A stretch of 62,892 nucleotides of DNA, the filler included, from Choristocarpus tenellus KU-1152 (taxonomy: Eukaryota > Protista > Phaeophyceae), in assembly GCA_964200185.2 (NCBI GenBank). It is 9 parts of 9 records of this genome, joined end to end, with 100 filler letters (N's around TTAATTAATTAA, not from the genome) between each part and the next. Parts side by side here need not be neighbours in the genome. Positions count along the whole stretch, not along the records: positions 11,993 to 15,611 come from CAXNAD020018924.1; positions 15,712 to 18,634 come from CAXNAD020023623.1; positions 18,735 to 43,413 come from CAXNAD020000203.1; 6 more parts are not named here. One strand, 5' to 3'. Position numbers and translations under genes: made by a program. The notes below the pieces were generated by a model. It had not been told where the DNA came from and did not search any database. It was given only the letters and a program-made list of their open reading frames with translations. Of the stretch, positions 14,278-24,800 are shown in pieces (position 1 is the stretch's first letter; each line of letters begins with the position of its first letter).

Positions 14278-15017
14278 GTACGAAGGGAGGAAACACAGGC
14301 AGACCTTTCTCATAAGGTTTTGTCATGGAAAGAAGGAGTGTTGAAATATTTCTTATTGGCATATTTTTTTCGCAGCATTTTTGGTATTGTTGATTCAAGA
14401 AGGGAAGGAAATTGAGGTCATGCCTGTGCTGCTCGTGTACCATTATTACATACATCGATATTGTGACCCCAGCTAGCAAGATGTGCAGGTACTCTATTGC
14501 TTCTGTAGAGGGTGATGGCACACCCGACTTTGCTTGCTCCATGTCAATTTCAATTTTTCATAGTCAGGGAAGTGCTGCTTTGGAAAGTAATTGGAACGAC
14601 CACATGAATCACTTTAACAATAACATCAAAGGGGTAGGGGAAAATTTATGAAATTTAATACTGTGGAGGTGTGTGAGGTGCACATTCAGTAGAGGTGGAA
14701 GATACTTGCTGAGGAATAAGTTTCTGTACTTTTTTTGTTGCTGTAGGTTTTTTGAATACCCTCTTTGGGGGTGAGGTGGATGCCATAGGAAATGTGAAAA
14801 AAACAAAAACAAAAACAAGAACAATAAAAGAAACAAAAAAAATTGTCGCCCAAAATTCTGAAATCACGATATTTGCTTCGTGCTGTGCCTGGTACATTGA
14901 CAAGAGGTGGCCAACTTGAACAAAAACAACAGCAAAAATTCGAGGTAATTCTGACATTTTAATATTTCGAGGCAAAAAAATATCGAAGCAAAAGGAGTGA
15001 TTTTGAAATCTTGGATG

Positions 15018-15194
15018 GGCTGAAAGTATCCAGGGGGGGGGGGTGGTGGCTGTCCATTGGGGGTCAATTTTTTCATGTTGCGATTTTGGGGTGATTTGGT
15101 TGCATACATCAGATGGATAAGGTAAATGCACTTTTCCTGATTTTGGCCCAAAGGGACACCCTGGTGTAGACCCCCCCCCCAGATACTTTGGGTC
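15018..15194. mobile_element. MITE family A (~180 bp, TIR ~GACCCAAAGTATCTGGGGG)
   Basis: ggctgaaagtatccagggg...ccccagatactttgggtc, with ATG on both flanks (possible 3-bp TSD). It is the inverted homologue of 56541-56720. Confidence 0.7.
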
Positions 15195-15711
15195 ATGGTT
15201 CAAAGAAATATTTTACTGGTTCTCGATTGCTCCATGTACCTTATTGTGTCCCCAGCACCCTCCAAAACATCTTACCGCAAAGAAACTGTATTTTGGTGCA
15301 CTTCCTCCTCTGCTGAACGTGCATTTCCTGCACCGCAGTGTTTTACACCAATGGGGTAGCCTAAGTGATGTATTGAGCCCAAACAATGTCTTTGTCCCGA
15401 AAACTTCCTTGACCTCCTCAGTGGTGCCCTTTGTTTTGTTACTTAAAAAAAAAAATCTGTTGTTTCTGTTATGATTGCTCCTTGTCATGTGTGTGAATAG
15501 CAGGGTGTACCGGAAATCAAGAGACCCAAAGTATCTGGGGGGGGGGGGGGGAGGCCGACAACGGGGGGGAACTTTGGTGAAAAAACAGGAAAAGGGCGAC
15601 TTTATTCTCTANNNNNNNNNNNNNNNNNNNNNNNNNNNNNNNNNNNNNNNNNNNNTTAATTAATTAANNNNNNNNNNNNNNNNNNNNNNNNNNNNNNNNN
15701 NNNNNNNNNNN

Positions 15712-18569
15712 ATAGAGGCAGCGATCAATACAGGGGAGGGGGGCGGGGTGGAGGGAGGGGACCTGGCAGGGGGGAGAGGGGTGGTAGGTTTCCTGAGAAA
15801 CTTCCTGATGTATATTCCATCCATCGTGGAAATGTTGTGAAGGTGTGTTGGGTTTTGCTTTGTCGTAGGCTGTCGGTTGTATTTTGTGTGCTAGTATATT
15901 GCTGGTGGGAATGGTGGGTGGGGGTTTGAGAGCATAGTACTAAATTGGAGATTCTTGTCAACCGGATATTGGTGGGTTGATACGGTGTTACAGCATATAC
16001 CCCCAATATTCATATATACATAATATATATATATACCGCTGGTGGTATATATGAAGTTCTTTATACCGACATCTGTTCTTGTAGTAGCTAGTCTTACTGT
16101 TGTGCTCTGAGGCTGACAATTCTATATTTGGTACCTTGGTTGAGGGTGGGAATGAGTTCTTTTTTGATAGTTTGTTTGTTTTGCAGGTGGGTGGGAAGGT
16201 TTTGGGGTGTGTGCCAAATGTAAATTTTCGAAACCGAACCAGGAAGAAGCACAGGGTTATGTGTTGATGGCAAAGAAGTGTGCTGGTAAAGAGTGCTTAA
16301 ACTGTGACAGGGCTCTGTGGCACTCCAGGCGCAGAGATGGGAAGATCGTGTGAGGTGGCGTCGGCGGTGAAGGATGACCTCAATAGATGGAAAGGGAATT
16401 TTGAGTGTGATGTTACTGTTCCTGTACCTTCTCCTGACAAGCTTTAGCCCTGTACGTTTTTTTTTGAAAATATTCCTTTTTTTTGCATTAATGTCAGTTG
16501 CGCTTTTTTTGGATGAATCCAAAGCTGTTGTGGAGTAGCGGTATGTCCCTCGGTCTACCCGGTCCCCTCTATCCCCTTTGCTGCTTTGAATTTCCACAAA
16601 CGTTGCATGCGCAATGGGTACGCACCTAGCCAAAGGTTTTATGTCTATAGCAGGAGTAAAACTACATGTCAAGTGTTAGGAGTTTTGCGGTTCTTCCCCT
16701 TGTTTGTCCCTTCCCCTGTTCTTCCTTGGTTTGGGTTATATTGGAGGAGAATGGCGATTTAAGGCCAGGTTTGAAACCTAGACATATATATCTCCCCTCT
16801 CTCCGTATCCATCTTCAAGGTTTTTTTTTTCTTTTTTTCGAGTCTATATTTTTATTTCGAGTCTCTATATATATTTTTTGTAGTGCGGGGATGCAGATGG
16901 TGTTTCATCCGTATTAATATCATACTACGGTATGGCAGTGGAAGCAAACCATAGTAGGTGGTATTTTAGATTTAGGTTATACCGTCAGTGGTGAAGGTTA
17001 TACCATCAGTGGTGAATGTTTTATGGACAGTGGTGAATGTTATACTGACAGTGGTAAATGTTACACGGACCTGCCAACTCCCCTCTGTTTAACTTGGCGG
17101 AGTATCTTTATTCCTTGAGTACGCTTGGCCTTGCCACATATGGAAAAGCTCTTCATGCATCCCTGCATTAGAGCCTGCTATTGCTTCCGTCCCTACCACT
17201 ATCTTAACCCCCGACCTTTTGACGCCGCCGCCTACCTACATTGCAGCAACTCCCACATCCTGTGATACTGTGGTCCCGCACTGTACTGCTGCAGTGGTGT
17301 GAAAAATGCCTGACTGTATTATAGAAATCTGACACGTATGTAACAGCACAAAGATAGTGAAACTTGAGGAGGGGGAGGGGCTTAATTCGCTGCCGTGCCT
17401 ATCTGTTGTTGCTGTTGACCTCCCCCCCTCCCCTGTTTAAGGTGGAGACATTTGGAGCATTTGTAAAGATGGACGGTTACCACAAGAATGGGCTTGTGCA
17501 CCTCAGCCAGATGGCTCCGTATCGGGTGGAGGCTGTGTCAGATGTGTGCAATGTGGGGGACTTTGTGTATGTGAAGGTGAGCGAGCTTGTGATGTTTTCC
17601 TGCTGTACCAACACTTGAAAAAAAAGGACTTGTTGTTTGCCTCCCTGCTCCAGTACTGCGCAGTCTTGGTGCTTCCTTCCCACCTGGTTGAAGGTGTGTT
17701 GGAGCAGGAGCCGGGATATGATTATTTATTTTTCTTTATTTATGTGTGTGTTTGGGGAGGGAGATCATGCCTCCCTTTTGTGCCATTTTCATGCCGTGAA
17801 ACTGTTGGTGATGGGGTGTGAAACTGTCGGCAAGGGGTGTGAAACTGTTGGTAAGGGGTGTGAAACTGCCGGTGATATGGGGTGTGAAACTGTCGGTGAT
17901 GGGGTGTGAAACTGCCGGTGATATGGGGTGTGAAACTGTCAGTAAGGGGTGTGAAACTGTCGGTACTCAACAGGCACTTGCTTGCAAGCTGTTGCTACGC
18001 TTTTGCCTCTAATTTCGCTGCCTGAAAATATTTGCGATTGGAATAGGAGGTGTTGCTAGTGTATCTGAGGCGTTGTTATTGTTGTTGGGGAATAGAAGGT
18101 GTTACACTAGTGTATCTTGGATGTTATTGTTGTTGAGGAATAGAAGGGGTTACTAGTGTATCTCAGGCATTGTTGTTCTTGTTGAGGAATAGAAGGTGCT
18201 AATAATGTATCTCAGGCGTTGTTCTTGTTGAAGAATAGGAAGTTGCTACTATTGTATCTAAGGCGTTTCATTTTTGTCTTGGTCTTGTTAATGAATCAAA
18301 TCAAATCAAATCAAATCAAATCAAATCAAATCAATTCTTAGTCAGTCAATCAAAACCCAGAGAGAAGTGATGACTACCATACCCAATTGTCACTCTTTTT
18401 CAACCCCCCCCCCCTCCCTCCCGTCATGGCCCCCTCCCCGGTGGAGTAGGTCCTGGAGGTGGTTGACAGTGAAGAGCCGCGAGATCAGCGGATATCTCTC
18501 TCAATGAAGCTGGTCAATCAGATGGATGGCACTGACTTGGATCTGAATAATGCTGAGGCACAGATGGAT
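15712..18569 (+). CDS. ZCCHC17: S1 RNA-binding domain protein, ZCCHC17/pNO40-like, partial at both ends. Exons 15712-15842, 17442-17576, 18450-18569
   Basis: Spliced product ...RGGGRGGGRGPGRGERGGRFPEKLPDVYSIHRGNVVK|VETFGAFVKMDGYHKNGLVHLSQMAPYRVEAVSDVCNVGDFVYVK|VLEVVDSEEPRDQRISLSMKLVNQMDGTDLDLNN matches the pNO40 S1 pattern as I recall it (LPxxYxI..G.V...GAF..GLVH...SLSMKxVNQ..G.DLD.NN). The zinc knuckle would lie beyond the linker. Confidence 0.78.
16975..17068. repeat. Intronic minisatellite, 21-bp unit x~4.5
   Basis: Variants of gttataccgtcagtggtgaag in tandem. Confidence 0.8.
17796..17964. repeat. Intronic minisatellite, 21-24-bp unit x8
   Basis: The core gtgaaactg(t/c)..gg..ggggt is repeated 8 times. 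Confidence 0.9.
18039..18333. repeat. Intronic ~48-bp tandem repeat x~5 followed by an (AAATC)n microsatellite
   Basis: gaatag(g/a)aggtgtt..ctagtgtatct..ggc.ttgtt units, then an aatcaaatcaaatc run at ~18294-18333. Confidence 0.85.
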
Positions 18570-18850
18570 GTGAGAAGACCTAGGTGGTGGGAGGGCATGT
18601 GGTGCTGTGTAGCTTTTTTGATGGGGATGGGGGGNNNNNNNNNNNNNNNNNNNNNNNNNNNNNNNNNNNNNNNNNNNNTTAATTAATTAANNNNNNNNNN
18701 NNNNNNNNNNNNNNNNNNNNNNNNNNNNNNNNNNATGAAGGGGGGTTCTTGGATGATTGTGGAGTGGTGTTGAATGGTGTGGTGGAGTGGTAACTGGTGT
18801 GGGGTTGAGTGGGGTCGAGTGGGGTTGAATAGGGTTAAAAGGGGTGGTAG

Positions 18851-19003
18851 AGACCGGAAATCAGTGGCAAAAGGGGTCGCACTGGTTGGTTATCGGATAG
18901 GGGGGGGGTGACTGGAAATCAGTGACGAAGGGGGTTCGCCCTGGTTGGTCATCAGAGGTGGACGGTGGCTGGAAATCAGTGGCGAAGAGGTCGCACTGGA
19001 TGG
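18851..19003. repeat. ~58-bp tandem repeat x~2.6
   Basis: ggaaatcagtg(g/a)c.aag.gg..tcgc.ctgg occurs three times. Confidence 0.7.
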
Positions 19004-19447
19004 TAACAAGGGTTGTTAGAATATGGGGAGAAAAGGGAATAGGGAGGAATACAAATGTAGAATAAAATAATAATAATCCAGAATTCGTGAGCAAAACAAA
19101 ATGAAAACTGAGAATGCAATAGTAGAAAGTAATATGTGAAGTATTTAGTGTTATATGAAAGGAAGGGCTTACTATATATAACTATGGGGAGAACTTAAGG
19201 AACCATCTTAAGAATCTGTCAAGATCCTCACCACTACTACTTATACAAACAAATGTTGAACATAAAAATAAAAAATAGAAAATATATTTTGTCCAAATAA
19301 TCTCAGTTATAACATAAATTGGTAGTCTGTAGAAAAAATATAATATTCTTTAATCTCCAAACCGATGCACATTTTGGTGATCGCGCGAGTGATTTTTCGC
19401 GCGCGATCTCCTCAACTCTTACAACCTTCGAACTTGACACACACATC

Positions 19448-21171
19448 ATGAAGGTCCTCCTGTTCTTAGCGTCCCTTGTGGGCACCTTGGCCTTCGTACC
19501 TAGCGTGTCTAGATCGACGATAACTCCGTGGCGGAACCCACTCGCAATAGACAATCGCTATGTACAGCAATGTGTTGGTGAGACTTGTTTTTGAGAGAAT
19601 GTAAGGTTTTTGTGAAACATGACATGATTGTTACCAGGCAGAAGATTCTGACCAATTGCGATGCCCTGAGAGGTTCCCTAAGTTTGCCGAAACAGGAGCT
19701 GTTTCATATACCATGATTTAGTACAGGGAGACTTCCTCATCCAACAGCAAAAACCCATTTTTTCCGCTGATCTACACATTGACGATTGACAAACCCCTTG
19801 TTAATTCCGTGGACTTGCTTTGCTACCTCCAAGCAATCTTATCGGGAGTGGTAGGTTCCGTTTAAACTTGTTTTTGCATTCCCCTGTTATTGCCAGGAAA
19901 TGCCAGGTGTGGGGGGTTGAAGATGTCAGACTACCAGGAAAACACAGAGGGTTTGGAGGTGGGCGACATGGTCAAGGTGGTTGCGAAAGGGTTAAAGTTT
20001 TTCCACCTAAGGGCTTTCAAGGTGAGGAATTATTGTGTCTTATTGTCATTAGATGAGATACGGCGAATTTGACACCAAGGTGTGACCTGTCACGTCACGT
20101 CCAACAATTCTTTTGCCGCCATGGGAGTAGGACGAAGGACTGGAGTGACTTACCATTATTCCTACTACTGTCGAACGAGCCCTAACCGATTCTTACTTCA
20201 CATATCGTTCAATCATCTGCAGGATGGATTTGACCCTGAGGGTGGGGAGGGTGAAGTGACGGCGATCAAGTTATATAGTGAGGAGTTTGATTGTGAGCTG
20301 ACCCCTAACCGGCCTGTGATGGTAGCCTTCTCGGTGAGTGTTGCTTAGTTAGCTGGATGCCTTGTGCATCAATCTTATTGTGAATTTGTTCATTACTTTG
20401 GATAAATGGACGTTTTTTGCCGAGGGTTTTCAGGCATACTTTATTCCATGACGACTACCCATGACACCACTTTTGGCATCAGGATGAACACTTTGAGGTC
20501 ATAGTGGTGATACACTCAAACTCGCCTTCCTTGGGGTTACATAGTTGCTTCAATGGGCTATTCTGCCTCTTGGGGTCAGTGTGCAGTTATCTACCATGTA
20601 TTATTGCTACATTGGAGTTGGTTCACAAGAATGGCAATGTAACACTCCGAAATGGTTGAGCAATGCTCACACAGTAGTTGATGATTTGCGCCATACTTGC
20701 CGGAAAATTCAACCTTTTTTGTGTGAATTCGGTTACTGATGGTTGTGTATGGTGATAGTTGTAGGTGATTTATTATGTAAATTTGTATTCATAAGTGAGC
20801 TCTCATGTTTTCAAGAGCTTGCTCACACACTACTCTGTTGCATAGTTTATCTCTTGTTGATGAGCTGATGTTGCACTAAGGTTTTGTAGTGCACCCAACT
20901 TTCAAGGGGTTGGCACCTTTTTTTGTAGTATGTGAATAGTTGATTACACATTGGCTCCCTTATTTGTTACTACAACTTGCCTTTTTCGCTTCACCTCACC
21001 TTGATATTTGCATCAATACCTGTGTTTTAAATACCTGTGTAGGCCTATATGGATGTCCATACATGCCCTAACAGTGGTGCCCTTGTTTTTGTGATCTTTT
21101 GCCTTTGCATCATGCAGGAACCGACGAAGTATATTGCCCACTTTGAGTTTGATGAGGTGAAGAAGATATAA
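19448..21171 (+). CDS. ftrV: Ferredoxin-thioredoxin reductase variable (alpha) subunit with bipartite plastid presequence, ~139 aa. Exons 19448-19577, 19897-20021, 20223-20333, 21118-21171
   Basis: The mature part LEVGDMVKVVAKGLKFFHLRAFKDGFDPEGGEGEVTAIKLYSEEFDCELTPNRPVMVAFSEPTKYIAHFEFDEVKKI follows the FTR-V pattern (VGDRVRV..V.VYH...FD..G.EGEV.....ISANLP..V.F..F.AHF..DEV). The N-terminus MKVLLFLASLVGTLA-FVPS is a signal peptide followed by Phe at +1. All introns are GT-AG and in phase. Confidence 0.82.
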
Positions 21172-21883
21172 TGGCAGGAAAGTTTGCACACTCAGAGGAT
21201 TATTGTGAGCGTGCAGATACAGGCTATCTGGAGATTTAGAATTGAAATTGCATGTTTTCTCTTGGAGAGAGCTTGACTGCTACGCTACAGAATTAATCAG
21301 AGTGCTTCATTAATCTAAAACGGTCTCCCTATGCAATTTTTCATGACTACGTGCATTGTGTAACGCATATAAACACCCTAACATCCAAGTAGTGGGTGTT
21401 CCTTGATTGTGGCATATTTTGGGACCTTCAAAATGAGGTATTTGTGAGACTGTCTTCGAGCACTTGGATGTTTAAAACACAGCTATTGAGAGTACCTGTA
21501 GAAATATCAGGCCTTAAACTAAAGTCTACCCTCTGCACCTGCTGTGTGTTTCAACAAAAGAGATTCAATGCTTGGAAAGGAAATGAAACATTGTGCTTCA
21601 GCATCACAGGGGGTTGCTCTCATTATTCCAGATCTTACAATAGTGGGGTGCAATATTTGTATTCCTCTATCAGATATCTATAAACATTCGATCCTTGGTT
21701 GTGGCATATTTTGAGAGCTCTATTATGTGAAATAAAGGCACACTTACAAGACCAGTTAATAAGTAATCCTGAAGCACCCCAATGTTCAGCTGTCAGTGAT
21801 TACTTTGCTCTCAGAATTAAAGCCCACATCACATCTGGAACGTGTGTCAAGTATTGCTAGAGGTGTTCCACAATCAGGCAGAG

Positions 21884-24800
21884 CTAAGCACTCATAGTGT
21901 CGTGGAGTGCCTCCACGAAGTCATGCGCATCATCCTTGTTGACCTCCATGACACTGGACTCAAAACCATCATGCCTGGCACGTGCATTGATCTGCTGTGC
22001 AGCCAGCTGGAACCGTGCACCAAAATTGTTCTTCACCACAGTGCCTGCCTTTTCTGGGCATGTGACTCCCACCACAAGGTACGTAGATGTCCTCTCTGCC
22101 ATAATAACTAGTGGTCTGGCCTTGTTGCCAGACCACTTCCCATTCTCACGATGCACATCAATGAGGAAGGCAGCAAGCTTTCCAAGAGCAAGCGGCTGTG
22201 TAAAGAGACGTTCATCTGTCTCATTGCTCCGAATAAAGGCATACCGGAAGTGCTTGTTCAGATTTAGAGCTCTTTTCTCGATCATGCTCACTGCCTGGTG
22301 GACAACAGCTTTTTGAAGAGACATGCTCAGCTCCAATCCCTTCTGCATCAATGCAGGACTTTTGCCTGACAAGGCATCGTACGCTGTGTTGAAACTATCC
22401 ATCCATGCCTCATCTGCTTCTATCAAGCTCACATTGGTGGTATCCCCCTGGTGGTGCACAGGGTGGAATGGATGTCTTCTACATCAGAACAAATTCAGGT
22501 CAAGGCTGTTGGAGAGACGGATCAATGCACACACTCTGAATCAGTATTCAAGTACCTGGTTTACCCCATCCTCTGCATCAACATGCTCGACCAGTGCTGT
22601 AATGCTGTAAACCATATCTGCTGCACTGAGGGGGTTTTTGAAGCCACAGTAGCGCTGGTACGATCCTGAGGGCGGAATGGATCATAACACAGTATATGGC
22701 GTGTATGTTACTCATTGGAGAAACCAAAGAAAAACGAAACCTCATAATAAAAAGCATATTTCTGGTTCCTCTCCTACCACTCTCTGTGCACTTTCATCTG
22801 ATTTTTTTCCTCTTTTCATTTTTTTTTCTCCATAATATCCGACCCCTTCCTGCACCATGATTTTCATGCCATTGGACAGTTACACACACATCATGAAGTT
22901 GCGTACAACTTGTGTGTGTGTGAAGCGATCTCAGAGCGAAGAATTAAAAATGAACAAACCGTATATAAAATGTCATAGTAGGAACTTCAGACTGCAACAC
23001 CTAATACTGTACAATAATTATGCTGTACATCCATCGGATTGCTATTCATCACACCATCTCTCACTCAAGGTATGGGCACCTTGACCATAGAGCAATCTGA
23101 TGACATGAAGGGACTGATTAAAGAGAATATAGCATGGTGTGTTTTTAAAGAAAATTATTTACTTGAATAGGTCATTGATTGATGGTGAGGAATATGGTAC
23201 CAATGGAAGTTCACAGAATCATAGGGTGGCACTAATAAATACACCCTTTTCCATTTTTATTTCCTGTCAACTCCCTAAAACAGTTTTCTTCCATTTGACT
23301 CGTGTTGGAGTGCAGTTTTGGCCTCTTATGATCAGGAAAGGATGGTATTTTTAACTCACTGGCAGTTCAACGGGCGAACATCACAATACAAGAACAAATT
23401 TAGAGGAACCAAAAGAGTAATCCATTGACTGTGAGGAAACACACTCTACAAAGAGTGGGGACCTACTTCCAGTTACAGAACAATACGGTGTGTGTAGTAC
23501 AATAGCTGGACCTTTGAAAAACCAATTATATCACTGGTTAAAAAAAAGAAAGCACACTTCATTCCTTCAATGTGCTACACCAATGTAAACTTCATATTTC
23601 TCTGTTATGGTTTGTAAAAGATTCTCTGTTATGGAATTTGCTGAGATCATGTCTGATAATAGGAGCAAGGGTACAAAGGTCACTGAAAGGCACATCAGGC
23701 AAAGTGTTGTCTATTCTTGTTTAAGGGGAATTTTGATATTCACAGTGACTCATTAATCTTTAGTTCATTTCCTCCGCATGATAGCTTGAGGGTTGTTATC
23801 CAAGGGGATTTCTCTTGGTGCTCAAGATAACACCACACTGTGATACCAATTGTCACCAGCTTTTCTCATGGCTTTTGACTACATGGGACTCACCATAAAA
23901 TACATCCTCCAGTCCATAGTCCTTGGCATACTTCTCAATCTGGTCTTTAAGGCGCTGGCGCAGCTGACAGCTCATGAAGGGGTACTTCTGCTTGCATTGC
24001 TCAAGGCTAAACCCCATCTTGGCAAGGAACTCCTCAAGGCGATGGCGCCCATTGGAGTTCCACACATTGAGCTTGGATGCCACAAAATTGGAGAAATACA
24101 TGCTCTGCAGGAAAAATTGTAGGAAACACAATCAGTATTACAAACTGGTGATATCTCACCACTATGTCTAAGGGCACCAATTAGTGGTAGCTAAACTAAC
24201 ACAAAAGAGCATATCATCACAATTTGTGCCTAGGTAGGGAGGAGACATTAGTAAATGCCCATTTGTTCAATCAGGTATGCATGTAGAAAACAAACCTGCA
24301 CTCAGTAAAGATGTCAGTTAATAGAGGTACAAATGGTCAACTCTCCTCTAACCAAATCAAACTGCAAGTAGGTTCAAGGGAAAGGTAATCTCCAAACTCT
24401 ACTGACCTTGATCTGTCACATGGAGTTTGACTTCAAACTTGGAAAACTCTACCATCTTAATAATAAAAATTATGACGCTATTGCATCACTTATACTGAAC
24501 TAAAAACTAGATAGAAAACAGTGTGGAGGTTGACCTTTAGCCCTCCAAAACCTACCTCATAGAGTGACCAGTGCCTGTGCAGCATGAATCGGAGCTCCAT
24601 GTCAAATGTTATCCGTCCATTGACTGCAATTGGAACCATCGTCTTTCCATCTACTGAAGTGGTCTCGAGGTTGTCCTTGCTATTCTTAGCAACCACATGC
24701 TGCTGGAGCTGAGTCACCAGCGTCACGTAAATATCTTGGTCCACTCTCTACAGGAGCAGAAATACAGCAAAAGGAAAACATTACATTCATTGTTCATGTG

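Noticed and set aside
16094-16672. 192-aa minus-strand ORF
   Set aside because: It has no recognisable domain, includes low-complexity A-runs, and lies antisense within the S1-gene intron.
17796-19003. Repeat arrays that superficially resemble CRISPR
   Set aside because: The units are contiguous and similar throughout, with no unique spacers and no cas genes, and they lie in eukaryotic introns or intergenic DNA. They are ordinary minisatellites.
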